A model generated the notes under the pieces. The model saw only the letters and a list, made by a program, of their open reading frames with translations. It was not told the DNA's origin and ran no database searches. From NCBI GenBank assembly GCA_964106645.2, contig OZ067042.1: 64,000 bases of DNA; one strand, written 5' to 3'. Position numbers and translations under genes: made by a program. Positions within the stretch are counted from its first letter, which is position 1. Every line of letters starts with the position of its first letter. The DNA is from Podarcis pityusensis. Taxonomy: Eukaryota. Shown one piece after another: positions 13,235-25,118 of the stretch.

Positions 13235-15108
13235 CACTGGTCAACAACAAATTTGTTGTCTGCGTTTTTTCAGTTGATTTAGGATGAATCTGATGCACTG
13301 AATCCAAAAATCACATTGGTTTTGCTCAATCAGGTCAAGTTTTTGAGCTATGGCCACATGTCATTTTTTTACATTTTTGTTCACATATACGCTTGTGTGG
13401 AGCATTTTAGAAGAAGTTGGTGGGGGTAAAATGCCATGTCGAATAATTGTTTTGATTGGAAATGATTATTTTAATGACAAGAAGTATTCAGGTCCGATAG
13501 TTCTGGGTGATTATATCGAAAAGGGATCAGTTTGAAGTCATAAAACCTCGAAATCTTCCATAAATTGGTGAGGCAAAGCATCAAAACTAAGTTAATCCTG
13601 ATCTTCAATCAGCACGTCGTCCTGTAGCTCATTGTGATGAAATTCCAGTGCCTGTCTTCAGAGAACTTCCTGACATTAGTGACGAAGATGCCTCCAGTGT
13701 TGAAGGACATGAAGAAAAAGAAGTGGTTCTTGAAGATGATGCTCCACATCCATTTTCCCAAAAGGAGTTGAATGATCTAGTTCGCGACCTCAGCTTGTCA
13801 AAGGACTATGCCGAACTGTTGGCATCCAGATTGAAGGAAAAAAACCTCCTCTCTGACAGTGCTTGCATCAGCTTCTTCCGCAACAGGCATCAAGAGTACT
13901 TCCGTTTTTTCTCGGAAGAGAAGGACTTGGTGTACTGTGCAGATATTGCGCAGCTTCTGCTCAAGCTTGGAATGCCACAGTACGAACCCAAAGATTGGAG
14001 ACTGTTCATTGACAGCAGCAAGCGATCACTGAAATGTGTTCTGCTACACAACGGCAACCAGTTTGCCTCTATACCCCTGGCTCACTCGCGTACACTGAAG
14101 GAGAACTATGAAGCGGTGAAGTATGTGCTGGAGAAAATTGGTTATGATCAGCATAAGTGGTTTATTTGTGTTGACCTGAAGATGGTGAACTTTTTGTTGG
14201 GACAACAGTCTGGCTTCACCAAGTACCCATGTTGTCTGTGCATGTGGGATAGTAGGGACCGCGCTCAGCATTACACGAAGAAGGACTGGCCTGTGCGGGA
14301 GGAATTGGTGCCTTGCAAAAAAAGGAACATCATCAACGACCCTCTGGTGGACAGAGACAGAATACTCTTCCCACCGCTGCACATCAAGCTCGGCTTAATC
14401 AAACAGTTCACCAAGGCTCTGGACAAGGATGGTGACTGCTTCACTTACTTGTGCCAGGCTTTTTCAGGATTGACCATGGAGAAGTTGAAAGCTGGCATCT
14501 TTGACGGTCCTCATATCCGTCAGCTCATCAGAGATCCAGAGTTCGGAAACTCAATGAACGAAGTGGAACTGGAAGCGTGGAAGGCATTTGTTCTGGTACT
14601 GAAGAACTTTCTTGGCAACAATAAGGCCAGAAACTACACAGAACTTGTCAACAACATGCTGACTGCTTTCAGAAACTTGGGCTGCAACATGAGCGTCGAT
14701 GCACTACCTATTTTCACATATGGACCGGTTTCCTGAGAACCTGGGTTCAATGAGTGACGAGCAGGGGGAGAGATTCCATCAGGACATGAAAGAGATGGAG
14801 ACCAGGTATCAGGGTCTCTGGGACGCAGTCATGATGGCTGACTACTGTTGGATTCTGAAGAGAGACCTGCCTGCCACTGAGCATTCCAGGAGTTCCAAGA
14901 GACGGAAGTTCAAGCCCTGAAGTTTGAAAAATGGTGAAGCAACATGCAATTTACGTGTACTTACCTTTATCAATGCCCACCATTCAGTTTACAGTAAACC
15001 TGACCTGATGGAGAGAAACGGATGCCATTTCCTGATTCAGCAGTGCAAAAATACCCTAAATCAGTTGTAGAAATCAACATTCAAAAAGTAAAAAATGGTT
15101 GCCCAGTG
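13235..15108 (+). mobile_element. Chapaev3-type (CMC superfamily) DNA transposon, 1874 bp, in JMJD1C intron
   Basis: TTA target duplication at 13232-34 and 15109-11. Termini CACTGGTCAAC...GTTGCCCAGTG. Transposase motifs LFIDSSK, ICVDLKMV, CxxC..PPLHIKLG, SDEQGERFHQD, MMADYCW. Confidence 0.88.
13591..14920 (+). pseudogene. Chapaev3-like DDE transposase, N-terminus missing, one frameshift at ~14698
   Basis: Open frame from 13591 (NPDLQSARRPVAH...) joins the 14699-14920 ORF if 2 nt are restored (MSV[K]MHYLFSH). Confidence 0.85.
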
Positions 15109-15239
15109 TTATTGTAGTTTTCAGTTTGATTGCACTATTGATTATTATTAGGTTAGCATCTCTTCTATGGTCTGATGATGAAAGGTTTCCTCCTGACAAG
15201 TTCAATATTGCTTAAGTCCTCATTTTATTTTTCCAATAG

Positions 15240-15518
15240 AGTAGCAAAGGTGGAAGGACGATGCCAAACATTCTTGAGGACATAATTGCTTCAGTTGTAG
15301 AAAACAAGATTCCACCAAATAGAACACCAAAGATAAATGTAAAATCTGAAGTGAAGGATGAGCCAAAGGATGAGCGAAAAATTATTACAGATGATTGCAG
15401 CACATTGTTCAGTGATGTTCCACATTCATGGCTCTGTGATAAACACATTTTGTGGCTCAGTGATCATAAAAACAGCAACAACTGGAAACTTTTCAAGGAT
15501 TGTTGGAAGCAAGGAAAG
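15240..15518 (+). CDS. JMJD1C: JMJD1C exon (SSKGGRTMPNILEDIIASVVENKIPP...WKQGK)
   Basis: aatag/gtatgt boundaries, 279 nt, phase 0-0. Confidence 0.95.
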
Positions 15519-16976
15519 GTATGTTTAAAATGCCCTTCAGCACCTAGAAAGGGGCTTATGAGACAGCATGCTTGCACCTTAATTTTAGATCTGTTGTTGG
15601 ATTTCATAGATTCATAGAATTGTAGAGTTGGAAGGGACCATGAGGGTTATCGAGTTTAAATGAAGAGAATCCATTTGTCAGTGGATGCAGCCAAATGTGG
15701 CCTAAGGATTACCACTTCCTAACGCTTCAGCCAGAGTCCCTCACTAACTGCCACTTGCCTCGTTATATATGTAACACATTATATATGTAACACAGATGCC
15801 TCATTTTATCTTGAAGGCTATTCCAGACTAACTGGGAGAAAGGACGATAAGGATTATGCAATATTACCAACATGGCACCTCATGTAAATTTTGCAATACT
15901 TCCTTGTCATGAAATAGTCTTCAGAACAGTATTTTAGCTATAACGGAAGGGGAAAGAACTATAACCCACAGCAGTAGCAGGGATGTACTATTGGAGAGAG
16001 TTCTTGGTCTCTGCTGACAAAAGTGACCAGCCACATAGCTCAATGTATTATCATTTTAATGCCAGTCTTGAAGTTAAAACTTAACGCATTAACAAAATTT
16101 TAAGCGTAGGTTAAGGCCAAGAACATATTAAATACTGAGAATTATGGACCAGTTAAAGTGTTCCCTATTAATGTTTGTTGTGCAATATTACTTCAGTATA
16201 TATGTGTAAAGATCAACCTAACAACTCCTTTTGCACTCCCAGGTAGGAAGAAAATTAACAGGGTCTTAGTTGTAGTCTAATTGTGTTGAGGTTGGTCAGT
16301 GGGCAACATCTGGTGATGTTTTTCCACTTGTGCAACAGAAACCCACTTACAAACCAAGACTTGTGGTTTCTCTTTTCTCCACTGCAGCCCCCGTCAAAAA
16401 AACCTGCTCTGGAGCATTCAGCAATTCTCTGGAGCAGATTTAGGGGTCTGTAGTGGGGAGGAGATGAAGAAGCCCCACTGCATGAGCTGATGAACACTCA
16501 TGCAATGTTGCATCTCACTATATATTTCCATTGCTGGCAAATTAATTGCTTTTAAGTATGAAGTCTCATTATGCAGTAAGTAGCAGGTAAATTGTTTTAT
16601 TGGTTATTGTTTTGAGAGTAAATCTGAACTTAAGAATTCTTCATCGAGGATATTACTAATGTTTGGACTAATTTTCAGCTCTTGGTGGTACAAACAGCAG
16701 TCTTGCAAATCAGCATTTAAGAAAATGAGTTGAGAAATAGTAGAAAGAACTTGAAATGTGAGACAAATGAAAAGAGTAGAAACTCTGAAAACCATGCTGT
16801 GTTAAAGACAATTCACATGCCTAAATGAAGGTGTCCCAATATTTATTGATGAACAGTTAATATTCTAAACTTCTGTGCAGTGAAGACGAGATATCCTTTC
16901 AAGACTGATGGAAATATGCATGAATCCGTTTTTTAAGTGCTCTTGCTTATTTCCACTTTTCTGTTTTCCTTTTCAG

Positions 16977-17145
16977 CCCGTATTAGTGTCTGGAATGCAG
17001 AAGAAACTGAATGCTAGCTTATGGAAGGCAGATTTTATTAGTTCAGATTTTGGTGATCTCAAAGCTGATCTCTTGAATTGCAAAGACAGCATTACTTCCA
17101 GTGGCAGTGTCAAGGAATTTTGGGATGGCTTTGAAGAAGTTTCAA
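16977..17145 (+). CDS. JMJD1C: JMJD1C exon (PVLVSGMQKKLNASLW...EFWDGFEEVS)
   Basis: tttcag/gtatgt boundaries; FWDGFE motif. Confidence 0.96.
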
Positions 17146-17988
17146 GTATGTTGTGCTTCGTATAGGACTATAACAGACCCAAATAAAATACCTATCTATA
17201 ATCTGGAAAAAGAGGATATCAGAGAATTGTGGAGGTCCTTCCTTTTTCATTATTTGCCAGAGAAGATTTAGTTTGGGACAGGATGCTGTTAATTGTCCAA
17301 GAGTTGATTGTGTGCTTAATTCTTTCCATTAAGTTCAGTTGAAAAGTATTTAGACTTGACAGGACCCTCCCTCTACATAATATACTAATGCAAAATAAGC
17401 CTTAGTAATATTTCATAATTATATGTTCTGCTTATTTTATTTTAAAAAGAAAAACCTCAATGTGAACCTGTAGGCCACTTCCTTGATAAAAAAAAATTCA
17501 GATCAGAGACGCCAATTACTTCCAATGACAGGCATGAACATGAATTGGAAAATATCTGTATTGCTATATAATAGTGTGCATTTTGCTCTACCACAAGATA
17601 CTTTAATGTTTTTTTTGAAAACCCATTTTTGACATTTGACAGTATAGTATGTACATTCAAATATCTTCCATTCTGTATTTCAATCTCTAAAATGTCTAAA
17701 TGTTTAGTGTGCGTGTGTGTTTTATACATTCAAAATTTGAGTATACAACCAAACAGAATTGCAATGCAGTATTAACTAGTAGAGCAGTTTTAATATCAGA
17801 TATCAGAGCCAAAAAAATTGGAATTTCAGGATCCCCCTCCCCCCCGATGTTGGTAAATGCCTTATCAACCCTGTTACTCCATGATCAAAAAGATGGGATA
17901 TCTTCTAAGTTACTGTTAAAACCATTATTAAAAATTCCTGGTTTTCCCCATCTGGTAGCACACTCACTGATCTCTTCACTGTTTGCAG

Positions 17989-18079
17989 AACGGCAAAAAA
18001 TTAAAAATGGAGAAACAGTTATACTTAAGTTGAAAGACTTTCCTTCAGGAGACGATTTCAAGACCATGATGCCTGCAAG
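17989..18079 (+). CDS. JMJD1C: JMJD1C exon ([31 protein letters not shown])
   Basis: ttgcag/gtattt boundaries. Confidence 0.95.
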
Positions 18080-18169
18080 GTATTTAGTATTATTTAGCTC
18101 ATCAATTGATGGATTGAGCTTTTGGTTTACTGAAAAATTATTTATGTTTATTTTACTCTTTTTTTCCAG

Positions 18170-18300
18170 ATATGAAGACTTATTAAAATGTTTGCCACTG
18201 CCTGAATATTGCAACCCAGAAGGAAAACTGAATTTAGCTTCATACTTGCCAGGTTTTTTTGTGCGCCCAGATCTAGGGCCCAGATTATGCAGTGCATATG
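18170..18300 (+). CDS. JMJD1C: JMJD1C JmjC exon ([44 protein letters not shown])
   Basis: ttccag/gtaagt boundaries; RPDLGP motif. Confidence 0.97.
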
Positions 18301-18713
18301 GTAAGTAACTTACAGTACTGCTTGTGTCAGGTCAGGGGATTGTGTCTCCTCATTATTAAACACCTTTTCGCCTTTGAGTGGTTGGAAGAGCCAGAGACAC
18401 AAAAGTGGGGATGAGCATGAAGAAGGGATAAAGAGGTTGGGGAAATCTCAAAAGAAGGAGCAACAAGTGGAAAGGTTAAGAAAGGCAAGTTTATAGGAAA
18501 TGGAAGAATCAATAAATTTGAGAGGGTCAAAGCATGTGATAATGTGGTCATGGTAATATAAAGATGTTTTATAAAAGGGAGTTACAGATGTCACTTAACT
18601 TGGCCACTTAACAGAATTCCCTGATGAATGAGGAGGGAGTATACATGTACATATTCAATGTACATTGAGATGAGAGAAAACACATTAATGCTCCTGATGT
18701 AGGTGAAATAGTT

Positions 18714-18832
18714 GGGTGGTATTCAGGTAAGTTTTACTCAGAGTAGGTTCATTGAAATTAATGGGCCTAACTTAGGCATGTTCATTAATTTCAATGGGTC
18801 TCATCTGAGTAAAACCTAGTTGAATAACACCC
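18714..18832. repeat. hairpin/palindromic MITE-like element
   Basis: About 50-bp imperfect inverted arms (GGGTGGTATTCA..TTTTACTCAGA..CATTGAAATTAATG / CATTAATTTCAATG..TCTGAGTAAAA..TGAATAACACCC). Confidence 0.8.
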
Positions 18833-18986
18833 TCATGGCTATTCATATCAGACTGCTAACTCCTAATCTTATACATTATAAAAGCAGTATTTGTTTAAGA
18901 AAACAATTTCACAGGAAAACATTTTACAAGTCTATGATAGTTTTAAAATACCCTTCAGCATATTCTATATATTCTGTTTGAAAAAG

Positions 18987-19109
18987 GTGTAGCTGCTGCT
19001 AAAGATCATGATATAGGAACTACAAATCTTCATATTGAGGTGTCTGACGTGGTGAACATCCTTGTCAGTGTTGGCATAGCAAAAGGGAATGGCGTTCCTT
19101 CAAAATCAG
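18987..19109 (+). CDS. JMJD1C: JMJD1C JmjC exon with Fe-binding H-x-E (GTTNLHIEVSDVVNIL)
   Basis: aaaag/gtagag boundaries; CAT ATT GAG at 19031-19039. Confidence 0.95.
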
Positions 19110-19703
19110 GTAGAGTAAAAATAATACAATCTTTATTAAACAGAAAAATATGAGTTGACACAACTTGCTTAATAGCTGATCTACACCCTGTAAATGAAAC
19201 CTAAATCAATCCACTTGATACTTTAACAATCCTTCGGATTAAAGGACATTCCCCGCCCGCCCCCCCCTTTTGCAAAGTATTATTGGATGTAATGACTTAT
19301 AGTCTAGGAAGTGCTCATGGAAGGGGTTTGGCAAAGAAAAACCTTTCTGCCCCCCTCTTCTCACTTCACTTCCCAAGACCCTCGTAAAGTCCCTCCTCAG
19401 GATTAGGGAACCCTCCTGAATAGGTTGAACTGTGGCACTGGGGGAGGGTGAATTGCCCCAAACTGGATTCTGGCTTTTTCCATGGAGACACAGAAAGCCT
19501 TTGTGTAGCAAAGATGTTTCTAAGCTTTCCCCTGGTACTCCTATTGTTTTAGATTTGTTCCATTATAATTTTTACTCAGTGAATGTGGATTTGCTCCACC
19601 CTGCCCCTTTTTTGTTAAGGAGGGAGAGATTTATGGTAAAGTGTTGAATCTAAAGCAAGAATTTCTCCAGCTCTGGAAAGTAATTGCATTTCTGAATTCT
19701 CAG

Positions 19704-19843
19704 TGGTATTAAAGAAGTTTGAAGAAGAAGATTTGGATGATCTTCTAAGAAAAAGACTGAAGGATTCAAGTGAACTGCCTGGTGCTTTGTGGCACATTTA
19801 TGCCAGCAAGGATGCTGACAAGATAAGGGAGTTTCTACAGAAG
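19704..19843 (+). CDS. JMJD1C: JMJD1C JmjC exon (VLKKFEEEDLDDLLRKRL...PGALWHIY...EFLQK)
   Basis: tctcag/gttaga boundaries; PGALWHIY motif. Confidence 0.96.
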
Positions 19844-20763
19844 GTTAGATTTACAATGAATGTATATTGGTATTATTGTGTATAAGATTTGTGATGGACA
19901 AATGCTTGTGTCCTGGGTACCAGCCACTCTGTTCCATCATCCTTCCCCAGGTTTTCCTTCCTTTCCCCTAACAGTCAGCCAGAATTCCTTGCCCACTGAG
20001 CATGCTCAGTACTCATTGAGTTGTTGATGGGATCCTTCATTTTTGGGGTGGGGAGTGTTGGATACACTTGTGCTCACTCGCAGGAAGTGACTATCCAGAC
20101 AATGAGATGGTTTTCTTCCCTTCAGTTACATCTGTGTTTCTCTGCTTTAAGACACCCTCCCCCAACCTGGTGCCCTCGATGTTTTTGACTACAACTCCCA
20201 TCAATCCAAGCCAGCATGACTAATGTAAGGTATGGTTGGAGTTGGAATCCAAAATATCTGAAGAGCTCCACGTTGCGAAAGGCTGCCTTAAGATTTTTCT
20301 TGGAAGCTTTGTTCTAGTTCCTCTACCAGGTGTAATCTGGTGGAGAACCGCTTGAGACAGAGCTTCTTTGTCCAAGAAGCAGCAAAGCTATGGAACGTGG
20401 TTTATTCAGTTATTTTTCTAGCTCTGTTTCGGAGGTTTTTGGTTTTTACTTTTACTTTTCATTTTTTTTAGGTCTTTAAGTAAAGTTATTTTAGATTACG
20501 AGCCAGTTGTAGGAGCCTTGACCAAAAGTCAGGATATAAATATTTTAAATAAGATCTCTGAGATACGGTCCAAGCAGTCTGTACGAGACATGGGGGGAGG
20601 GAGCAGTTTTCCCCCCATTTCCCCCTGAAGTTTTCAAAGTTTCATAGGAGAGTTCGGAAACTGTATTTATGTTAGAAATAAGATGTTAGAATGAAAGGAT
20701 TTTGTGAACATAGATATTACTTAAAACCACACAGCATTCACTTTTGCTTATAACATATTACAG

Positions 20764-20940
20764 ATGGCAAAAGAACAAGGTTTAGATGTTTTGCCAGAAC
20801 ATGATCCGATACGTGACCAGAGTTGGTATGTAAACAGAAAACTCCGTCAAAGACTTTTTGAAGAATATGGAGTAAAAACCTGCACTCTAATCCAGTTCCT
20901 TGGTGATGCCATTGTTTTACCAGCAGGAGCACTTCACCAG
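20764..20940 (+). CDS. JMJD1C: JMJD1C JmjC exon ([22 protein letters not shown]...LPAGALHQ), third metal ligand His
   Basis: ttacag/gtaaaa boundaries; His codon at 20935-20937. Confidence 0.97.
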
Positions 20941-21356
20941 GTAAAAACATCAATTTATTCTTACTAGAGTCACTAGATACCTCAGACAAGCTGTTGTAAT
21001 ATTTGGTGTCCAAGAGTGGAGCAACCCAAGAGGACGTGTGAAGGCGGTAATGGGGGGTGTGCGCACCCCCTCCTCATATGTATGTGAGAGAGAGAAATCG
21101 TGGGGTGGTCAGAGGGCTGACCCTACAGCGAATGCAATGCTCATGCTGATAAAAGTTACACACACGCACACAATTTTCCTATCTAATCAGCTGGAAAATT
21201 TGCATGCAACTCTATGGGTATTTGAATGCATAATAGGGTTTTTCGGTGATTTGGAAAACTGTGATCAATGCACACTGGCTTTAAAAAAAAACTTTTTCTC
21301 GTTTGCCCAAGAACAATTCAGAATGTTGTTGTTTTTTGTTTCCGTTTCTTGCTCAG

Positions 21357-21488
21357 GTACAGAATTTTCATAGCTGTATTCAAGTAACTGAAGACTTTGT
21401 GTCTCCGGAGCACCTTATACAGTCATTTCACTTAACACAAGAATTGAGGCTCTCGAAGGAAGAAATCAATTATGATGATAAGCTGCAG
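21357..21488 (+). CDS. JMJD1C: JMJD1C exon ([19 protein letters not shown]...DDKLQ)
   Basis: gctcag/gtaaca boundaries; DFVSPEH motif. Confidence 0.97.
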
Positions 21489-22709
21489 GTAACAAATGAG
21501 TGCTTGTCGTAACTCCATTTCTGATGAAACATCAGTCCTCTCTCATGTTAACTTTGAATGTGTGCATTGAATATAAGACAGTAGTATCACTTTCATTTGT
21601 GATAGTTTCACATTGGCTTTTCTGAGCATTTCCATGTGTGTTATTTAGTTATTTATTTAGTTAGTTATTAAATTTCTATATTGCCCTTCGTCCAAGGATC
21701 ACAGGGCAGTTTACAATTGAAAAATGCATAAAATGAAAACCATGGCTAAATCTGCTTATGGCCGCTGTAACAATTAAATAAGCCTTTTTAAATAAGAGCG
21801 GGGAAACTATGTATTAGGTTCATAGTGAAGAAGAAAAAAGGACTCTCCATTTCCCCCTTCCCTGTAGAATTAGGACCCAGATGTGTATGTATGTGTAAAA
21901 TCCTATAGATGTATTTTAAAATACGATTTAAGTAGATCCTTAGCTTGTAGAACAGTATAGGGAATTTTTAAATGTTTGATGTTTTACTGTGTTAAATGTT
22001 TTGATTTGTTGGAAGCAGCCCAAAGTGGCTAGGACAGCCCAGTCAGATGGGCAGCATGTAAATTATTATTATCATCCAGAATAATTCCTATACAGAAACA
22101 AGGTTATGGGCTCCAACAAGACCATATAATGGTATGACAGGTGCACATCTTGGGCTTGTACATGCTCACTCTACTCCAGGGGTCCACAACCTAAGGCCCA
22201 TGGGCCACAAGCAGCCCACAGGGGTCGTTTTACTGGCCCCGAGCTGCCCGCTCAGCGAGTCCCTGCACTAAACCAGCACGGCACAGGGACTCGCTTTTGC
22301 AGTGCTGGAAAGCACGCCCGCAATCCAGCCCATGGGGGTGGCTCCGTGGCAGTGAACCAGCCCAGGCAAGGTAAGCCTTGCCGACCCCTGCTCTACTCCC
22401 TCTCCCGTTTTCCCCAGGGAGAAAGTACCATATAACAGGCCAACCAATTGGGGTATACTGAATTTGCTCTGTGCCCCCACCCAGTATTGTCTTCTCTCCT
22501 TAAAAAGAACAGGCTTAGACCCTGTGTGAGCTCAGGACTTTATACAAATTATAAAAGCGTTCTTAATCTTTGTACCACTTGATTGTAAACAAAGAACCTC
22601 CAAAAATGATGCAGTCTTTTTTCCCTTTCAGTGTTTTCCTCTCTTATGCCTTCCTTTACATTGTCTGGTACTCTGCTAATCACCAATCTCTCCGAATTTA
22701 TTTTTACAG

Positions 22710-22799
22710 ATTAAAAATATTTTGTATCATACAGTTAAGGAAATGGTGAGAGCTTTGAAGATTCATGAACATGAACTAGAAGATATGGAGGAAAATTAA
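22710..22799 (+). CDS. JMJD1C: JMJD1C terminal coding exon (IKNILYHTVKEMVRALKIHEHELEDMEEN*)
   Basis: ttacag acceptor; TAA at 22797-22799. Confidence 0.96.
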   Translation: MKNILYHTVKEMVRALKIHEHELEDMEEN

Positions 22800-23900
22800 G
22801 TGTGCACGCTCTCTGTCCTTTTTGGGTCAGAAGAACGTATTTTATCTTTTTTTTCTCTTTATGATAAAAGAAATCTACTCACTAATCTAAGCTGCACGAA
22901 CCATCAGTGCCAAGAAAATATATTTGTTGTATTTTACTTGCTACTGACGCTGCAACAAACTAGCTTCTCATCACAGCTGTTGTGATTTAAATGAGAGGGT
23001 TTTTTTAAAAAAAGAAATTGGAAATCCTAAGCAGTGCTCTGCTGCTCTGTATTATACTGTAAATGAAATTTTCAAAATGTCAAAGATTTAAGATGTATTT
23101 ATTTTTTTGGGAAGAAAACATAGAATTCTATGCTCTATTGTTGATCAAATGTAAATGTGATTTGTACAGTTTGGTTAAAATAACTTGGATATTTTTCACT
23201 ACATTGAGACAGTTACTGTGAGAGTAGGACACAAACACCAGCTATTGCCTGCATTTGGGATATTGCTGAAACCGCACAGCAGTCATGTCATGATCTGAAA
23301 ATTACTGCCAAATAACTGTAAACTTTGTACAATATAAAGTATATAAAATAGATATTACAGACACTTCAGTATTTTATTGAAGCTATTCAGAGTACAATTA
23401 AAACATTTTCAAAAAGGTGTANNNNNNNNNNNNNNNNNNNNNNNNNNNNNNNNNNNNNNNNNNNNNNNNNNNNNNNNNNNNNNNNNNNNNNNNNNNNNNN
23501 NNNNNNNNNNNNNNNNNNNNNNNNNNNNNNNNNNNNNNNNNNNNNNNNNNNNNNNNNNNNNNNNNNNNNGCAAGTGTTAAACATGCTTTGTACTTTGAAA
23601 GTTGAAAGGGGTTTTACATTTTCCATTAAAAGGACTTTATCAAATGTTGTCTCATTGTGTGTGTTTTTCATGTTTTGTGGCACATTTGTTAAAAATGCAC
23701 ATGTCTGAGTCATTCATTCATTCACAGTGGTTGCAGATGTCTGTAATGTTGACTATTGTAAATGACAGATTGTTGTGTGTTTAATTAATGTGGATCTTTC
23801 TGCCCTCTCCAGGTTTCATATGAAACTGCTCACATGTGCTAGAGCACAGTTCAACTGGCTGAGCCAAAGAAAGTTTATCTAATGAAGAATAAAAAAAAAT
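22800..23900 (+). other. JMJD1C: JMJD1C 3' UTR (end uncertain); candidate poly(A) signals ATTAAA ~23397, ATTAAA ~23625, AATAAA ~23888
   Basis: AT-rich, repeat-free sequence after the stop with multiple TGTA elements; interrupted by an assembly gap. Confidence 0.65.
23422..23569. other. assembly gap (148 N)
   Basis: Run of n. Confidence 1.
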
Positions 23901-24771
23901 TAAATCCTTCCTTGTTATGTATTGTCGTTAATTACAGTTCAAATTACCATATTAAAAAACCTGGACTTTTATTATTGGTCAGGAAGATTGCATTTGGCAG
24001 ACTCATAAAATATGGCAAACTCCTTCACAACTTTTGTGCTAGGAAATGATAGTTATGTAGAATCTTACATTTACAAATAACGATTTAAGAGTTGAAGTCA
24101 TCACATGCTTTCCCCGCACTGGTGGTATAGTGTATATTTACAATATTTTGTGTACTTCTGAAGCACAGTATCCCAATGACTGTATTTAGAGGTTGATAGG
24201 TAATAGTCTTATTCTAAGTTGCCAACAAAATGGGTACACAGCATAACTGAAGTTTGAATCCATGTTAAAATTTACTATCTAATCACTTGAAAATGTTCTA
24301 CTTTAAATTCCATCTGTAAATTTGATGTGACAAAGTTTTGGCAAGGTTTCAGGCTTCTCTGATAATTGCATCAGTTAGGGGCTAATTATACATTATTGTG
24401 GTACATACAGCATGTAGTTGGTCCTCTTAGTCAATAGCCAAAGGAATAAGAATCTTCGCTCTAGCCATATAGCTTTCATGGGGGGAAAGGCTGGAGACTG
24501 GAGAGAGACTGCAAATACCCTCTAGGTGGCTGATTAGAACCCTTGTGCCTTTTAGTTGGATCCGCTATTCCTTTGCAGGTAGCAAAACCTTACCTTGACA
24601 TAACTGGCCTTGAAGGAAAAGAAGGTTACCATCTCTAGATGCGTATGGAAGATTGGACACATCCTGAAGTTTATGTGAGAGATCCTTAATAGTACACATA
24701 AGATGTAGATGTGTCTTGGGTGGTTGAAGCTCCACCAAGTGGCTGTGGAGGACATCCCATCCTCCTCTTTA

Positions 24772-25118
24772 AAGGTAAAGGACCCCTGACAGTTAAGTCC
24801 AGTTGCGAACGACTCTGGGGTTGTGGCGCTTATCTCGCTTTACTGGCCAAGGGAGTCGACCTTTGTCCGCAGACATTTTTTCCAGGTCATGTGGCTAGCA
24901 TGACTAAGCTGCTTCTGGTGAAACCAGAGCAGCACACAGAAACACCATTTACCTTCCCGCCTATTTATCTACTTGCACTTTTTGGTGTGCTTTTGAATTG
25001 CTAGGTTGGCAAGAGCTGGGACCGAACAATGGGAGCTCAACCCGTCACGGGGATTCGAACCACCAACCTTCCAATTGGCAAGCTCAGTGGTTTAGACCAC
25101 AGCGCCACCCACGTCCCA
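24772..25118 (-). mobile_element. Sauria SINE, near full length
   Basis: tRNA-like head and (ACCTTT)n tail; 14-bp TSD CATCCTCCTCTTTA at 24758-71 and 25119-32. Confidence 0.9.

Noticed and set aside
13648-14736. 362-aa ORF as a nested host gene or domesticated transposase
   Set aside because: It is enclosed by TIRs and a TSD, lacks an ATG at its start, and the frameshift removes the catalytic Glu segment. Best read as a transposon copy.
15763-15794. 16-bp tandem duplication TTATATATGTAACACA and a similar duplication at ~63807-63838
   Set aside because: Ordinary slippage duplications with no further structure.
17700-17988. alternative N-terminal extension of a JmjC exon
   Set aside because: Non-ATG start, low-complexity intronic sequence, and a good acceptor at 17988 explains the exon.
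23377-23713. ORFs containing X runs
   Set aside because: Artefacts of the N gap.
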